Positions 19,778-30,425 of a stretch of 64,000 bases of DNA are shown here, in pieces. Under the pieces are notes generated by a model. That model was not told the origin of the DNA. It did not search any database and saw only the letters and a program-made list of their open reading frames with translations. The DNA is taken from assembly GCA_947477885.1 (NCBI GenBank), contig CANJUD010000008.1, positions 29,569 through 93,568 on the forward strand, read 5' to 3'. A program made the translations under genes and the position numbers. This stretch comes from Bacteroidota bacterium. GTDB lineage: Bacteria; Bacteroidota; Bacteroidia; UKL13-3. Each line of letters begins with the position of its first letter. Positions within the stretch are counted from its first letter, which is position 1.

Positions 19778-20626
19778 TCAATACAAGAATCCCATTTTCC
19801 CTTGCTGATAATCCCTCATGGCTTCCATAATTTCTGTTTGAGAAGTCATCACAAATGGGCCATAAGTAACCAAAGGCTCATTGATGGGATCTCCTGCCAT
19901 CAGTAGTAATTTCGAATCATCACCAGCTTCGAGCAGAATATCTCCATCCATATTTTCAAATACAATTAAACTATGTTGCAAAGCGAATTTCTCCCCATTA
20001 ATTTTTACCTGACCTTCCAAAACATAAAATACGACATTATGATTCGAAGGGAAATTAAATGCATTATCACTTCCACTTTTCATCTTCAACATCGCAGTAA
20101 AAACATCCGATTTTGCTGGTCCTTTTTTATCCAAATAATTACCTGAAACAAGACGAAATTCTACACCTTTTTTTTCTATCAAAACTATTTCATCTTTTGT
20201 AATGGGTTGATAAGAAGCAGGCTGTAATTTCAATGCTCTTGGTGTATTCACCCATAATTGTATACCCTGATATCTGCCACCTTTTTCTACAAATTCTTTA
20301 TCCGTCTTTTCACTATGTATTATACCCCTGCCTGCATTAATCCACTGCACTTCATTGTCGTGAATTACTTTTTTATTTCCCAAAGAATCTTCATGCTCCA
20401 CTGCACCTTCATACATAAACGTAATGGGACTAAAACCCCTATGCGGATGCGGCGGCACATTAAACCCAGCTTCTCCAGGTTGCATCGTTTTATCGAAATG
20501 ATGTAACAATATAAACGGACTAATCTGCTCTATATTATTCACCGGTATTGCTTGTCTTAATTTGATATCACCCATCATCACCTCTGGTGCATTCATGATA
20601 TACTGTACTTTTCTAAAATTTTCCAT
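19778..20626 (-). CDS. Pirin family protein
   Basis: SPFILLHH, PHPHRGF, HEDSLG, AGRGIIHSE, QLWVN, P..EP...YGPFVM. Confidence 0.95.
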   Translation of the reverse strand: MENFRKVQYIMNAPEVMMGDIKLRQAIPVNNIEQISPFILLHHFDKTMQPGEAGFNVPPHPHRGFSPITFMYEGAVEHEDSLGNKKVIHDNEVQWINAGRGIIHSEKTDKEFVEKGGRYQGIQLWVNTPRALKLQPASYQPITKDEIVLIEKKGVEFRLVSGNYLDKKGPAKSDVFTAMLKMKSGSDNAFNFPSNHNVVFYVLEGQVKINGEKFALQHSLIVFENMDGDILLEAGDDSKLLLMAGDPINEPLVTYGPFVMTSQTEIMEAMRDYQQGKMGFLY

Positions 20627-20637
20627 GGTAGTATTTG

Positions 20638-20805
20638 TTATATATTATTTAACAAAAAAAAGTTGTTTTGGCCCCACCAAGCGTGCCCTGAGGGGAAGGG
20701 AAATTTCAAAATTTCTACCATTAATTTGAGAGCATCCATCTTAATCATTTTTTGACCGCTTACGTTTATGCCTCGCAGAATTGATATATATGTATTATTT
20801 TCCAT
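20638..20805 (-). pseudogene. Truncated DUF1697 family gene (N-terminal 35 codons fused to repeat-derived sequence)
   Basis: MENNTYISILRGINVSGQKMIKMDALKLMVEILKF then PFPSGHAWWG..., the latter encoded by a family C-like repeat at 20671-20700. Confidence 0.7.
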
Positions 20806-20890
20806 TTGATATTTTATGTTTTTATCACTCTGAGTTCATCCAAGAGCGACAATGGAGTAGTAGTTCATTTCATACCTGTCTTCGATAAAC

Positions 20891-21724
20891 TCAGACTGAC
20901 ATACTTTCATATCCTATCCCGTGTCTCTTCAACAAAGTTTCAATTGTAAATGGGTGCACCCCGATTCCCACATTGAAAAACTGGTTTTCTTCTATCATTT
21001 GCCCGTTCACCTCTATACTGCCTTTAAAGCCAAGAGGTATTGTTAGGTTTTGCGATTGTATGGCATAGAGCGTTCCCTCGGTATCGAAAATCGGCCCACC
21101 ACTTTGTCCTTTTAATCCCGGTGACGAGGTTTCCAAAAACAATATATCCATCGTCCCATCTTGTGATTTTCCCATTTTCATATTTCTTGTATATATACCT
21201 TCAATGGGGAATAATGGAATGGGCAATGTATTGGGAGGTAATATAAAACTTTTCGTATTTGTATCAAATGTTGCTCTCACCTCAACAAACGGGAAACCCA
21301 GTTTACACAAGCTTGTCCCCGGACTTATCGAATTTGAATTAATGATTTTCGGGAATATAGTTTGTCCATTTAATATACTCGGATCAATTCTCAAAAATGC
21401 CAAATCGTGTTCTTGATATATGTGACTTTCTAGGATATTTATTTTTTGGCCACTCAACAAAATTGCGAAATCTGTTATCCATTTATTATTGGGTATTACA
21501 GATAGATTTTGAACTTTATTTTGTTCATATATTTTCAACTCATCCTTGTGCTGATTGAACCTAAATGCTGCACCCAAATTATGAGCTGCGGACATTAACC
21601 AACCTTCTTTATTAAGCACCACATAAGAGCCTAATCCACTCTCCACCGCACCATCGAAGAACCGCATGGCTACTACCAATGGATGGGTATATTTGTTCGC
21701 AATATTATAAGCCTTATTAAACAT
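20891..21724 (-). CDS. Trypsin-like (S1/PA clan) serine protease, no signal peptide
   Basis: Catalytic triad motifs SAAH, HDLAFL, GQSGGP. Confidence 0.88.
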   Translation of the reverse strand: MFNKAYNIANKYTHPLVVAMRFFDGAVESGLGSYVVLNKEGWLMSAAHNLGAAFRFNQHKDELKIYEQNKVQNLSVIPNNKWITDFAILLSGQKINILESHIYQEHDLAFLRIDPSILNGQTIFPKIINSNSISPGTSLCKLGFPFVEVRATFDTNTKSFILPPNTLPIPLFPIEGIYTRNMKMGKSQDGTMDILFLETSSPGLKGQSGGPIFDTEGTLYAIQSQNLTIPLGFKGSIEVNGQMIEENQFFNVGIGVHPFTIETLLKRHGIGYESMSV

Positions 21725-21806
21725 ATTTATATATTTTAATTACATTGAATCAGGGCAGTCTGCATACACTTTGCCATAAATATTTTCGTGACAAGTTGAC
21801 TATATA

Positions 21807-22733
21807 TTATACAAAAACAATACAACCTTTTTTTCTTAAAACTTCTATACAACTGGGCTCGACTTTAAAATTATTCCAACGCAAATCCAATTTTTCCAAA
21901 GTAGAAATATTAGACAAATTGTCGGGGAGTGAGGTGAGTTGGTTGGCTCTCAAATCCAAATACACCAAGCTTTTCATATTACTTATTGATTCTGGAATTG
22001 ACGTGAGTTTGTTTTTTCTAAAATTCAATTCTGTCAGTAAATCTAGGTTAGAAATGGAAGATGGAAGTTCAGATAATTCATTTTTTTCAAAACTAAGTTT
22101 TCTTAATTGCTTTAAATTTCCTATAGTTTCAGGCAGTACGTTGAGTTTATTTTCCATCAAATAACATTCACGTAAATTAGTTAAATTACCTATATCGTCG
22201 GGGAGTGCAGTGAGAGAATTATTATATAATCTCAACTCTATCATATTCGTCAAGTTACTTATGCTGCTTGGGATTGAAGTGAGTTTATTTTCTGCAATAT
22301 TGAGATATAATAGACTTTCCAAATCGCCTATACTCTCAGGTACAATAGAAATATTATTCGTACTTAAATATAGAAAAGCTAGTTTTTTTAGACCGCCAAT
22401 TGAGTCTGGAAGTTCATTCAAATTATTATGCCCAATATCAAACATATATAAGTTTGATAATTCTCCAAAACTTTCTGGAAGTGCAGTTATATAATTATTG
22501 CCGACATTAAATATTTGTAGCTTATTTAACTGGCCTATTGATTCTGGAATTGAACTCAATTTATTACTAAAAGCATTGAGTGTTTTTAGATTTTTCATTT
22601 GCCCAATTTCTTCAGGCAAGGATTCAAGCAGATTTCTATCTAATAATAGTTCTTCTATTTCTGTATAGTTAAAAACAGGAAGCATATCAAATTGTTTTCC
22701 TGTTAAATCTAAAGTATTATATATGTTTTCCAT
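21807..22733 (-). CDS. Leucine-rich repeat protein (about 12-13 repeats of 23 aa, LRR only)
   Basis: LxxLxLxxNxLxxLPxxIxxLxx repeats throughout; no signal peptide and no other domain seen. Confidence 0.93.
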   Translation of the reverse strand: MENIYNTLDLTGKQFDMLPVFNYTEIEELLLDRNLLESLPEEIGQMKNLKTLNAFSNKLSSIPESIGQLNKLQIFNVGNNYITALPESFGELSNLYMFDIGHNNLNELPDSIGGLKKLAFLYLSTNNISIVPESIGDLESLLYLNIAENKLTSIPSSISNLTNMIELRLYNNSLTALPDDIGNLTNLRECYLMENKLNVLPETIGNLKQLRKLSFEKNELSELPSSISNLDLLTELNFRKNKLTSIPESISNMKSLVYLDLRANQLTSLPDNLSNISTLEKLDLRWNNFKVEPSCIEVLRKKGCIVFV

Positions 22734-22755
22734 ATTATATAAATTTATATTTTTC

Positions 22756-22945
22756 TTTATTACGAGGAATTTATTTTTAACCTGCCGTCATTCTGAACCC
22801 AATGCGTCTGTCGGTGAATAAGCTGGGTGAAGAATCCCATGGAGTGTGTACTCGACAAGATTAAATTTCCGAGCACACTTAAATGAGATTCTTCGTGGGA
22901 GCCCACTCAGAATGATGGCGTACAGGGTTCCTCCTCGCAATGACA
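22756..22945. repeat. Nested palindromic element: family A ends enclosing a gtcattctga...tcagaatga-ended variant with the shared gtgtg core
   Basis: Outer tttattacgaggaa (22756) / tcctcgcaatgaca (to 22945); inner gccgtcattctga (22784) / tcagaatgatggc (to 22919); core gagtgtgtactcg...ccgagcacact. Confidence 0.7.
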
Positions 22946-22951
22946 GAAGCA

Positions 22952-24136
22952 TTACAATCCCAGCAACCTTTCCAAATGATGATACCCAATCCCAAAATAA
23001 GCTTTCGCTTCTTGAAATTGCAATAATATATCAACGTCTTTATATACTTTTTTATCATCTTTAATTCCAACAATCATCACATTTTTTGGTGTGTGGGCAT
23101 CAGAAATAAATTCCATTACTTTGGTTTTGTATCCATGATATTCTAATAACATAGCCCGCATTCCATCCGTTACCATTTCGGCTTGTCGTTCCATAAATAT
23201 TCCATACTTGGTTAGGAAATCTATATCGTTTGAAATAGCATCTTTTTCCATTTGTTTGCGTATTTGTTTATGGCAACATGGAGCAACAATAATCAAATCT
23301 GCTTTGGCGGTGATACCTTTGTAGATTGCATCGTCCGTGGCGGTATCGCAAGCGTGGAGAGCGATTAGTATATTGCTTTCTTTACTATCATATTCTTCTA
23401 TGGCTCCTTCTGCAAAACTAAGCTTTTTAAAGTCTGACTTTTTTGCAATAGTATTACATAAATCTACCAAATCTTTTCTGGTCTCTACCCCTATTACTTC
23501 CGTTTCAAGTTTTAAAACATTCGTTAAATAATCATATAATGCAAAAGTGAGATATCCTTTGCCACAGGCCATGTCCACCACTTTTTTAATTTTATCTTGT
23601 GGAATATCTTTTATCAGCGGACTCAAAATTTCTATATAATGATTAAGCTGTTTGTACTTATCCTGAGCAGCTTTATATATATTTCCTGCAGCGTCTGTTA
23701 TATTTAATTCGTGGAGATATGTTTTATCATTTGCTGTAATAATGCGTTTCTTAGCTTGATCGTGCTCTGTTGATGGGGTAGCACTTTTAGATGCTTTTAG
23801 TTTTTTTACTAAGATTCTTTCATCATTAAAATTCTCCAATTGCAAATCATAATCTGTAGTAAATAAGGTAGCAAATCTGAAACCTTCTCCCAATGCATTT
23901 TTTATCAAATCATAAGATTCTTTGATATCATAATTCTTAACTATATCATTGGTTTTATATCGATACGTAAAAGTAAGTTTCTCTTCTTTCTTAATCAATA
24001 TTTTTTTGACATATATATTTTTGAGTTGGTCCTCAGTTCCTTTGTAATTGCCCAATGACAAACTCACAAATATATTTTCTGTAATACTTTGCTCAATGTT
24101 TTTGGTGAATGATTGTATGTTTTCTTGTATGTTCAT
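22952..24136 (-). CDS. SAM-dependent methyltransferase (Methyltransf_32-like)
   Basis: KYKQLNHYIE, VVDMACGKGYLTF, IALHACDTATDDA, APCCH, HTPKN. Confidence 0.9.
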   Translation of the reverse strand: MNIQENIQSFTKNIEQSITENIFVSLSLGNYKGTEDQLKNIYVKKILIKKEEKLTFTYRYKTNDIVKNYDIKESYDLIKNALGEGFRFATLFTTDYDLQLENFNDERILVKKLKASKSATPSTEHDQAKKRIITANDKTYLHELNITDAAGNIYKAAQDKYKQLNHYIEILSPLIKDIPQDKIKKVVDMACGKGYLTFALYDYLTNVLKLETEVIGVETRKDLVDLCNTIAKKSDFKKLSFAEGAIEEYDSKESNILIALHACDTATDDAIYKGITAKADLIIVAPCCHKQIRKQMEKDAISNDIDFLTKYGIFMERQAEMVTDGMRAMLLEYHGYKTKVMEFISDAHTPKNVMIVGIKDDKKVYKDVDILLQFQEAKAYFGIGYHHLERLLGL

Positions 24137-24160
24137 TTGTGGGGCAAAGATAGGATATAT

Positions 24161-24703
24161 TTACAAGCCCGTGGCCAACCCATCCAAACTTACCCTATTC
24201 TTCTCCTGCTTATAATCTTCCAAACCTTGCTCACCTTTCTTCTCAGCCCAGTCGAAATGTATATGTCTTTCACCTTGGTATTCGTAGAATGGAATTCCAT
24301 AGCCACATGAGTTTTGTATCATGAATATATCTGCAACAATAATTTGACGGGTGCTTGGATAAATATTGAAATGTGCCGAAAACTCCCCCCATTCAGCATC
24401 TTCACGTGTTACCGAATAGCCTTTGCCATATAATCTTAATATATTCGGCACCTTGTCATACGAACAAAACATGAACGTGATTCTTTTGTTTTCCAATATA
24501 TGTGCAGCTGTTTCGTTTCCACTGCCAATCAAATCCATATAGGCCACTTTTGTAGGTGACAATATCCTAAAAGCATCCAATCCTTTCGGCGATAAATTGA
24601 TATGTCCTTCGCTGGTTAATGGTGCTGTGGCAACAAAAAACATATGCTGTTTTGCAATGAATTCTCTGGTTACGTCTGTGATGCTTTCGAGGAATTTTCC
24701 CAT
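24161..24703 (-). CDS. Pyridoxamine 5'-phosphate oxidase-like (FMN-binding split barrel) protein
   Basis: FIAKQHMFFVATAP, NLSPKG, GSGNETAAH, ILRLYG, SCGYGIP. Real start MGKF at 24703; the upstream ORF extension is repeat sequence. Confidence 0.9.
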   Translation of the reverse strand: MGKFLESITDVTREFIAKQHMFFVATAPLTSEGHINLSPKGLDAFRILSPTKVAYMDLIGSGNETAAHILENKRITFMFCSYDKVPNILRLYGKGYSVTREDAEWGEFSAHFNIYPSTRQIIVADIFMIQNSCGYGIPFYEYQGERHIHFDWAEKKGEQGLEDYKQEKNRVSLDGLATGL

Positions 24704-24728
24704 GATTGTATTATAATAGTTTTTTGAG

Positions 24729-24872
24729 CTGCCGTTATTGCGAGGAGGCTTCCGACGTGGCAATCCCATCGAAGTGTGCTCGGGAATTTCTATCACTCTG
24801 AGCACACACTGCAGATGATTGCCAAGTAACCCAACCGCACAGCCCGTGCTTCGTTTCTCGCAATGACGGCAG
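24729..24872. repeat. Family A palindromic (MITE-like) element, 144 bp
   Basis: Terminal inverted repeats ctgccgttattgcgag / ctcgcaatgacggcag (1 mismatch); inner tggcaatc/gattgcca and gtgtgctc/gagcacac pairs. Confidence 0.85.
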
Positions 24873-25006
24873 ATTTTAAAATGACAGAAACAATGCAAAG
24901 ATAAATTAAAATACGTATTTCCAAATTACACATTAACATTGCAATAAATTTCTCATTTAAAGTAAAACCAAATCCCATCCGTCTACTTACAAAAAAAGGA
25001 GATGCC

Positions 25007-26806
<1,800 letters not shown>

Positions 26807-26946
26807 TTAAATTTTCGGGGTGCAAAGATACGGGAGGAGTATCAAGTAGCTAGTATCAAGTATTTGCTACTGTCAGCTAGTATAAGGTATAAAGTAGTTA
26901 GTAAAAAGTAACAAGTAAAATCTGGTGTTATCCCATTAACCATTTT

Positions 26947-26970
26947 TACCCTGAGCGAAGCCGAAGGGAA
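26947..26970. repeat. Family B REP-like hairpin
   Basis: taccc-tgagcgaagccgaa-gggaa. Confidence 0.65.
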
Positions 26971-26977
26971 TAACTCA

Positions 26978-27253
26978 TCATTTATTATTATTAAAACCCT
27001 TGTTAATTAATACCAACATATTCAGAAGCCAGTGCACAGCTATAATGAGCATCAGATAAACCAACCATGCCAAGCCTGCACCGCCAGCACTATTATATTC
27101 CAAATTATAAAGCAGAATCATACTATATATAATTTGAATAGCTAAATTCAATACAATCGTTCTAATTTTATGCTTGCTTTTTAATACAATAAAAGCGAGT
27201 GTAATCCAATAAACAATATAACATAATAACAGGATTTGAGTATCGTCAGCCAT
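26978..27253 (-). CDS. Small hypothetical membrane protein (about 3 TM)
   Basis: 91 aa with three hydrophobic segments; ATG start; same strand as its neighbours. Confidence 0.65.
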   Translation of the reverse strand: MADDTQILLLCYIVYWITLAFIVLKSKHKIRTIVLNLAIQIIYSMILLYNLEYNSAGGAGLAWLVYLMLIIAVHWLLNMLVLINKGFNNNK

Positions 27254-27335
27254 ATATATAAATATTATACAAAATATTTTTGCGCCAGCATCAGCTATCT
27301 CCCATCAAACATTCACCATTTATCATTAACCATTA

Positions 27336-27884
27336 CTATACCCCCTTATCCGACTTCAGCAATCCAAAATACATCATATCGGCATACTTGCCATCTAGTC
27401 CTCTAAAATCTTCACGCAGCACACCTTCCAAAGTAAATCCTAATTTCTCGGCAGTTCTAATATAACGCACATTATTTTGATGGATTTTAAAAAACACCTT
27501 ATTCAATTCGAGCACCCAAAAACAATGTTTAATTGCTATGGTTAAAGCTTGACTAAAAATACCTTTACCTTCATAGCTCTCTTCTACAAAAGCACCAATT
27601 TCCGATTTCAAACTTTTCCAATCAATGGCTTTCAAAAACGTAGCACCAATAATTTTGTTTATTTCAATATCTACAATCACAAAGATGATATATTCTTTCT
27701 TTTCAGCACGCTCCATCCTTCTTTTAATATATCCGTGGGTGTCTTCCAAAGTAAGCGTTGACTGAGCTATAACAGGAAATAAAGGAGCTATTCGATCCCT
27801 ATTTTTCTCAACAAATGAAAAGTATTTTTCTACGTCATCAATGGTGATGGGGCGAATTATAAAATTATTAAAAGTTACGGCCAT
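27336..27884 (-). CDS. GNAT family (RimJ/RimL-like) N-acetyltransferase
   Basis: SEIGAFV...YEGKGI, NVRYIRTAEKLGFTLEGVLR. Confidence 0.88.
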   Translation of the reverse strand: MAVTFNNFIIRPITIDDVEKYFSFVEKNRDRIAPLFPVIAQSTLTLEDTHGYIKRRMERAEKKEYIIFVIVDIEINKIIGATFLKAIDWKSLKSEIGAFVEESYEGKGIFSQALTIAIKHCFWVLELNKVFFKIHQNNVRYIRTAEKLGFTLEGVLREDFRGLDGKYADMMYFGLLKSDKGV

Positions 27885-28047
27885 ATTATAAGCTACAATA
27901 ATACAAGATATTAATTAGAATTTTGTTGGATTTTACTTATTAATATTTCCAAGATTAGAAGCTCTCCTCTTTATCCCCAATTTAGCGTCTTCCTGCCGAT
28001 AGCTATTGGGATATCATTTATAGCTTATAATTCATCTTTATACGCCC

Positions 28048-28055
28048 TATCTTTG
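28048..28055 (+). promoter_or_regulatory. Bacteroidota housekeeping promoter -7 box for the rimO-purC genes
   Basis: TATCTTTG matches the TAnnTTTG consensus, 34 bp upstream of the likely TTG start. Confidence 0.65.
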
Positions 28056-28060
28056 CCGCT

Positions 28061-28079
28061 TCCCGAATAAGGTTTGGGA
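28061..28079. repeat. Family D 19-bp mini-palindrome in the rimO leader
   Basis: TCCCGAATAAGGTTTGGGA; relatives at 14482-14496, 47481-47499 and 49685-49718. Confidence 0.55.
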
Positions 28080-28088
28080 TCAAACGAT

Positions 28089-29408
28089 TTGAAGACCAAA
28101 ACTACCAAGCAAAATAAAATAAATATCATCACCCTAGGTTGCAGTAAAAACTTGGTGGACAGCGAAGTGCTGATGGGTCAACTGAAAGCCAACGACATGG
28201 CGGTGGAGCATGAATCGGAAAAAGATGACTCCAATATCATTATCATAAACACTTGCGGTTTTATCGACAACGCCAAACAGGAAAGTATTGATACCATACT
28301 CCGCTACTCAGAAGAGAAAGCTGCAGGCAATATAGAAAAACTATATGTTACGGGTTGCCTTAGCCACCGTTATAAAGATGAGTTAAACTTAGAAATTCCA
28401 GAAGTGGATGCTTGGTTTGGCACTTTGGAATTACCCAACATGCTAAAAACATTGGGAGCTGACTACAAACACGAACTCATCGGAGAACGTCTGCTAACAA
28501 CACCTCCGCATTATGCTTACTTAAAAATATCGGAAGGTTGCGATAGACCTTGCTCCTTTTGTGCGATACCCTTAATGCGTGGCAAGCACGTATCAAGACC
28601 TATAGAATCTTTGGTAACCGAGGTCAAAAACTTAGTGCGAAATGGTACCAAAGAAATTATGCTTATTGCCCAAGATTCTACGTTTTACGGATTGGATTTA
28701 TACGGAGACCGCAAGCTTGCCGACTTATTGAAAAACCTCAGCGATGTAGATGGTTTGGAATGGATTCGTTTGCATTACGCGTATCCAAGTCAGTTTCCAT
28801 TGGATGCATTGGATGTGATGGCAGAGCGATCGAATATTTGTAAATATTTGGATATGCCAGTGCAACATGTTACGGACAATATGCTTAAGATTATGCGAAG
28901 AGGAATTACACGTAAACGCACCGAAGACCTGATTGACACTATCCGTCAAAAAGTACCGGGCATTGCATTGCGAACAACCTTGCTGGTGGGGCATCCTGGC
29001 GAAACTGAAAAAGATATAGAAGAGTTGAAAGAGTTTGTAAAGCAAACCAAATTCGACCGCTTGGGTGTGTTCACCTACTCACATGAAGATGGAACACACG
29101 CTCACAGTATGGCTGATGATATACCACAAGAGACAAAAGAATCGCGAGCTGCGGAAGTGATGGAACTGCAACAAGAAATATCCACACAAATAAACCAAGA
29201 AAAAGTGGGCAAAACGTTGAAAGTATTATTCGACCGCAAGGAAGGCTTATATTTTATTGGCCGCAGTGAATATGACAGTCCGGAAGTAGATAATGAAATT
29301 TTGGTTAACGCAGAAAACAACTATATTCGCATCGGAGATTTTGCCAATATTAAAATTACCCATACTGATGCGTTCGATTTATATGGAGAAGTTCAACAAA
29401 ACAACTAA
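28089..29408 (+). CDS. rimO: Ribosomal protein S12 methylthiotransferase
   Basis: TLGCSKNLVDSE, NTCGFI, YLKISEGCDRPCSFCAIP radical SAM motif, C-terminal TRAM with DSPEVD; TTG 28089 is the likely start. Confidence 0.97.
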   Translation: MKTKTTKQNKINIITLGCSKNLVDSEVLMGQLKANDMAVEHESEKDDSNIIIINTCGFIDNAKQESIDTILRYSEEKAAGNIEKLYVTGCLSHRYKDELNLEIPEVDAWFGTLELPNMLKTLGADYKHELIGERLLTTPPHYAYLKISEGCDRPCSFCAIPLMRGKHVSRPIESLVTEVKNLVRNGTKEIMLIAQDSTFYGLDLYGDRKLADLLKNLSDVDGLEWIRLHYAYPSQFPLDALDVMAERSNICKYLDMPVQHVTDNMLKIMRRGITRKRTEDLIDTIRQKVPGIALRTTLLVGHPGETEKDIEELKEFVKQTKFDRLGVFTYSHEDGTHAHSMADDIPQETKESRAAEVMELQQEISTQINQEKVGKTLKVLFDRKEGLYFIGRSEYDSPEVDNEILVNAENNYIRIGDFANIKITHTDAFDLYGEVQQNN

Positions 29409-29442
29409 AAATGCAGTGCTAATAAGCTCTAGCAAATAAATT

Positions 29443-30402
29443 ATGTTAACTAATAAAGCACTAGTATCAACCAATTATTTTTTCCCAGGTCAGAAAAAAT
29501 TTTACCGCGGAAAAGTTCGCGATGTATATCATATAGCCGATAAATATCTGGTAGTTGTGGCCTGCGATCGTATCTCAGCATTCGACAATGTGTTGCCCAA
29601 GCCCATTCCGTATAAGGGACAAATATTAAATCAAATTGCAGCTTATTTTTTAGATGCTACCAATCACATTTGCCCAAATTGGAAAATCTCTACTCCCGAC
29701 CCTAATGTAACTATCGGATACCAATGCAAACCTTTCAAAATAGAAATGGTGATACGTGGATATTTAACCGGCCATGCTTGGCGTGAATACAAGAGTGGTA
29801 AACGCATGATATGCGGCAGCCCTATGCCTGACGGGATGAAAGAGAATGACCGATTCCCTGCTCCGATTATTACGCCAACTATCAAAGCAGATAGAGGACA
29901 TGATACCGATATAAGTCCTGCAGATATCGTATCACAAGGGATGATAAATGCCGAACACTGGGAAAAGCTAGAAAAATATACCAGAGAGTTATATGATTAT
30001 GGTAATGCGATGGCCAATAAAAATGGATTGATATTGGTGGACACCAAATATGAATTCGGATTGAAAGACGATGAAATCATGTTGATTGATGAAGTGCATA
30101 CACCCGATTCCTCTCGCTATTTTTATTTAAATGAGTATGAAGAGCTGCAACAAAAGGGATTAGAACAAAAGCAATTGTCAAAAGAATTTGTACGTCAATG
30201 GTTGATTGAAAATGATTTCCAAGGCTTAGAGGGGCAGTCGATTCCTGAAATGACAGAAGAATTTATCAATAGTGTTACAGATAGATATATAGAATTATTT
30301 GAAAAAGTGACTGATCAGAAATTTGAAAAAACTGACTATGTAGATATTGACCTTCGTATCGAAAACATTGTCTTAATGAATCTAAAACAATTTAATATAT
30401 AA
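29443..30402 (+). CDS. purC: Phosphoribosylaminoimidazolesuccinocarboxamide (SAICAR) synthase
   Basis: [40 protein letters not shown]. Confidence 0.97.
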   Translation: MLTNKALVSTNYFFPGQKKFYRGKVRDVYHIADKYLVVVACDRISAFDNVLPKPIPYKGQILNQIAAYFLDATNHICPNWKISTPDPNVTIGYQCKPFKIEMVIRGYLTGHAWREYKSGKRMICGSPMPDGMKENDRFPAPIITPTIKADRGHDTDISPADIVSQGMINAEHWEKLEKYTRELYDYGNAMANKNGLILVDTKYEFGLKDDEIMLIDEVHTPDSSRYFYLNEYEELQQKGLEQKQLSKEFVRQWLIENDFQGLEGQSIPEMTEEFINSVTDRYIELFEKVTDQKFEKTDYVDIDLRIENIVLMNLKQFNI

Positions 30403-30425
30403 TAAACTAATACATAACAAAAACA

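Noticed and set aside
24704-24898. N-terminal 65-aa extension of the pyridoxamine-oxidase-like ORF
   Set aside because: It is the open frame of the family A element. The TAnnTTTG box overlaps the upstream ATG, and family similarity starts at MGKF (24703).
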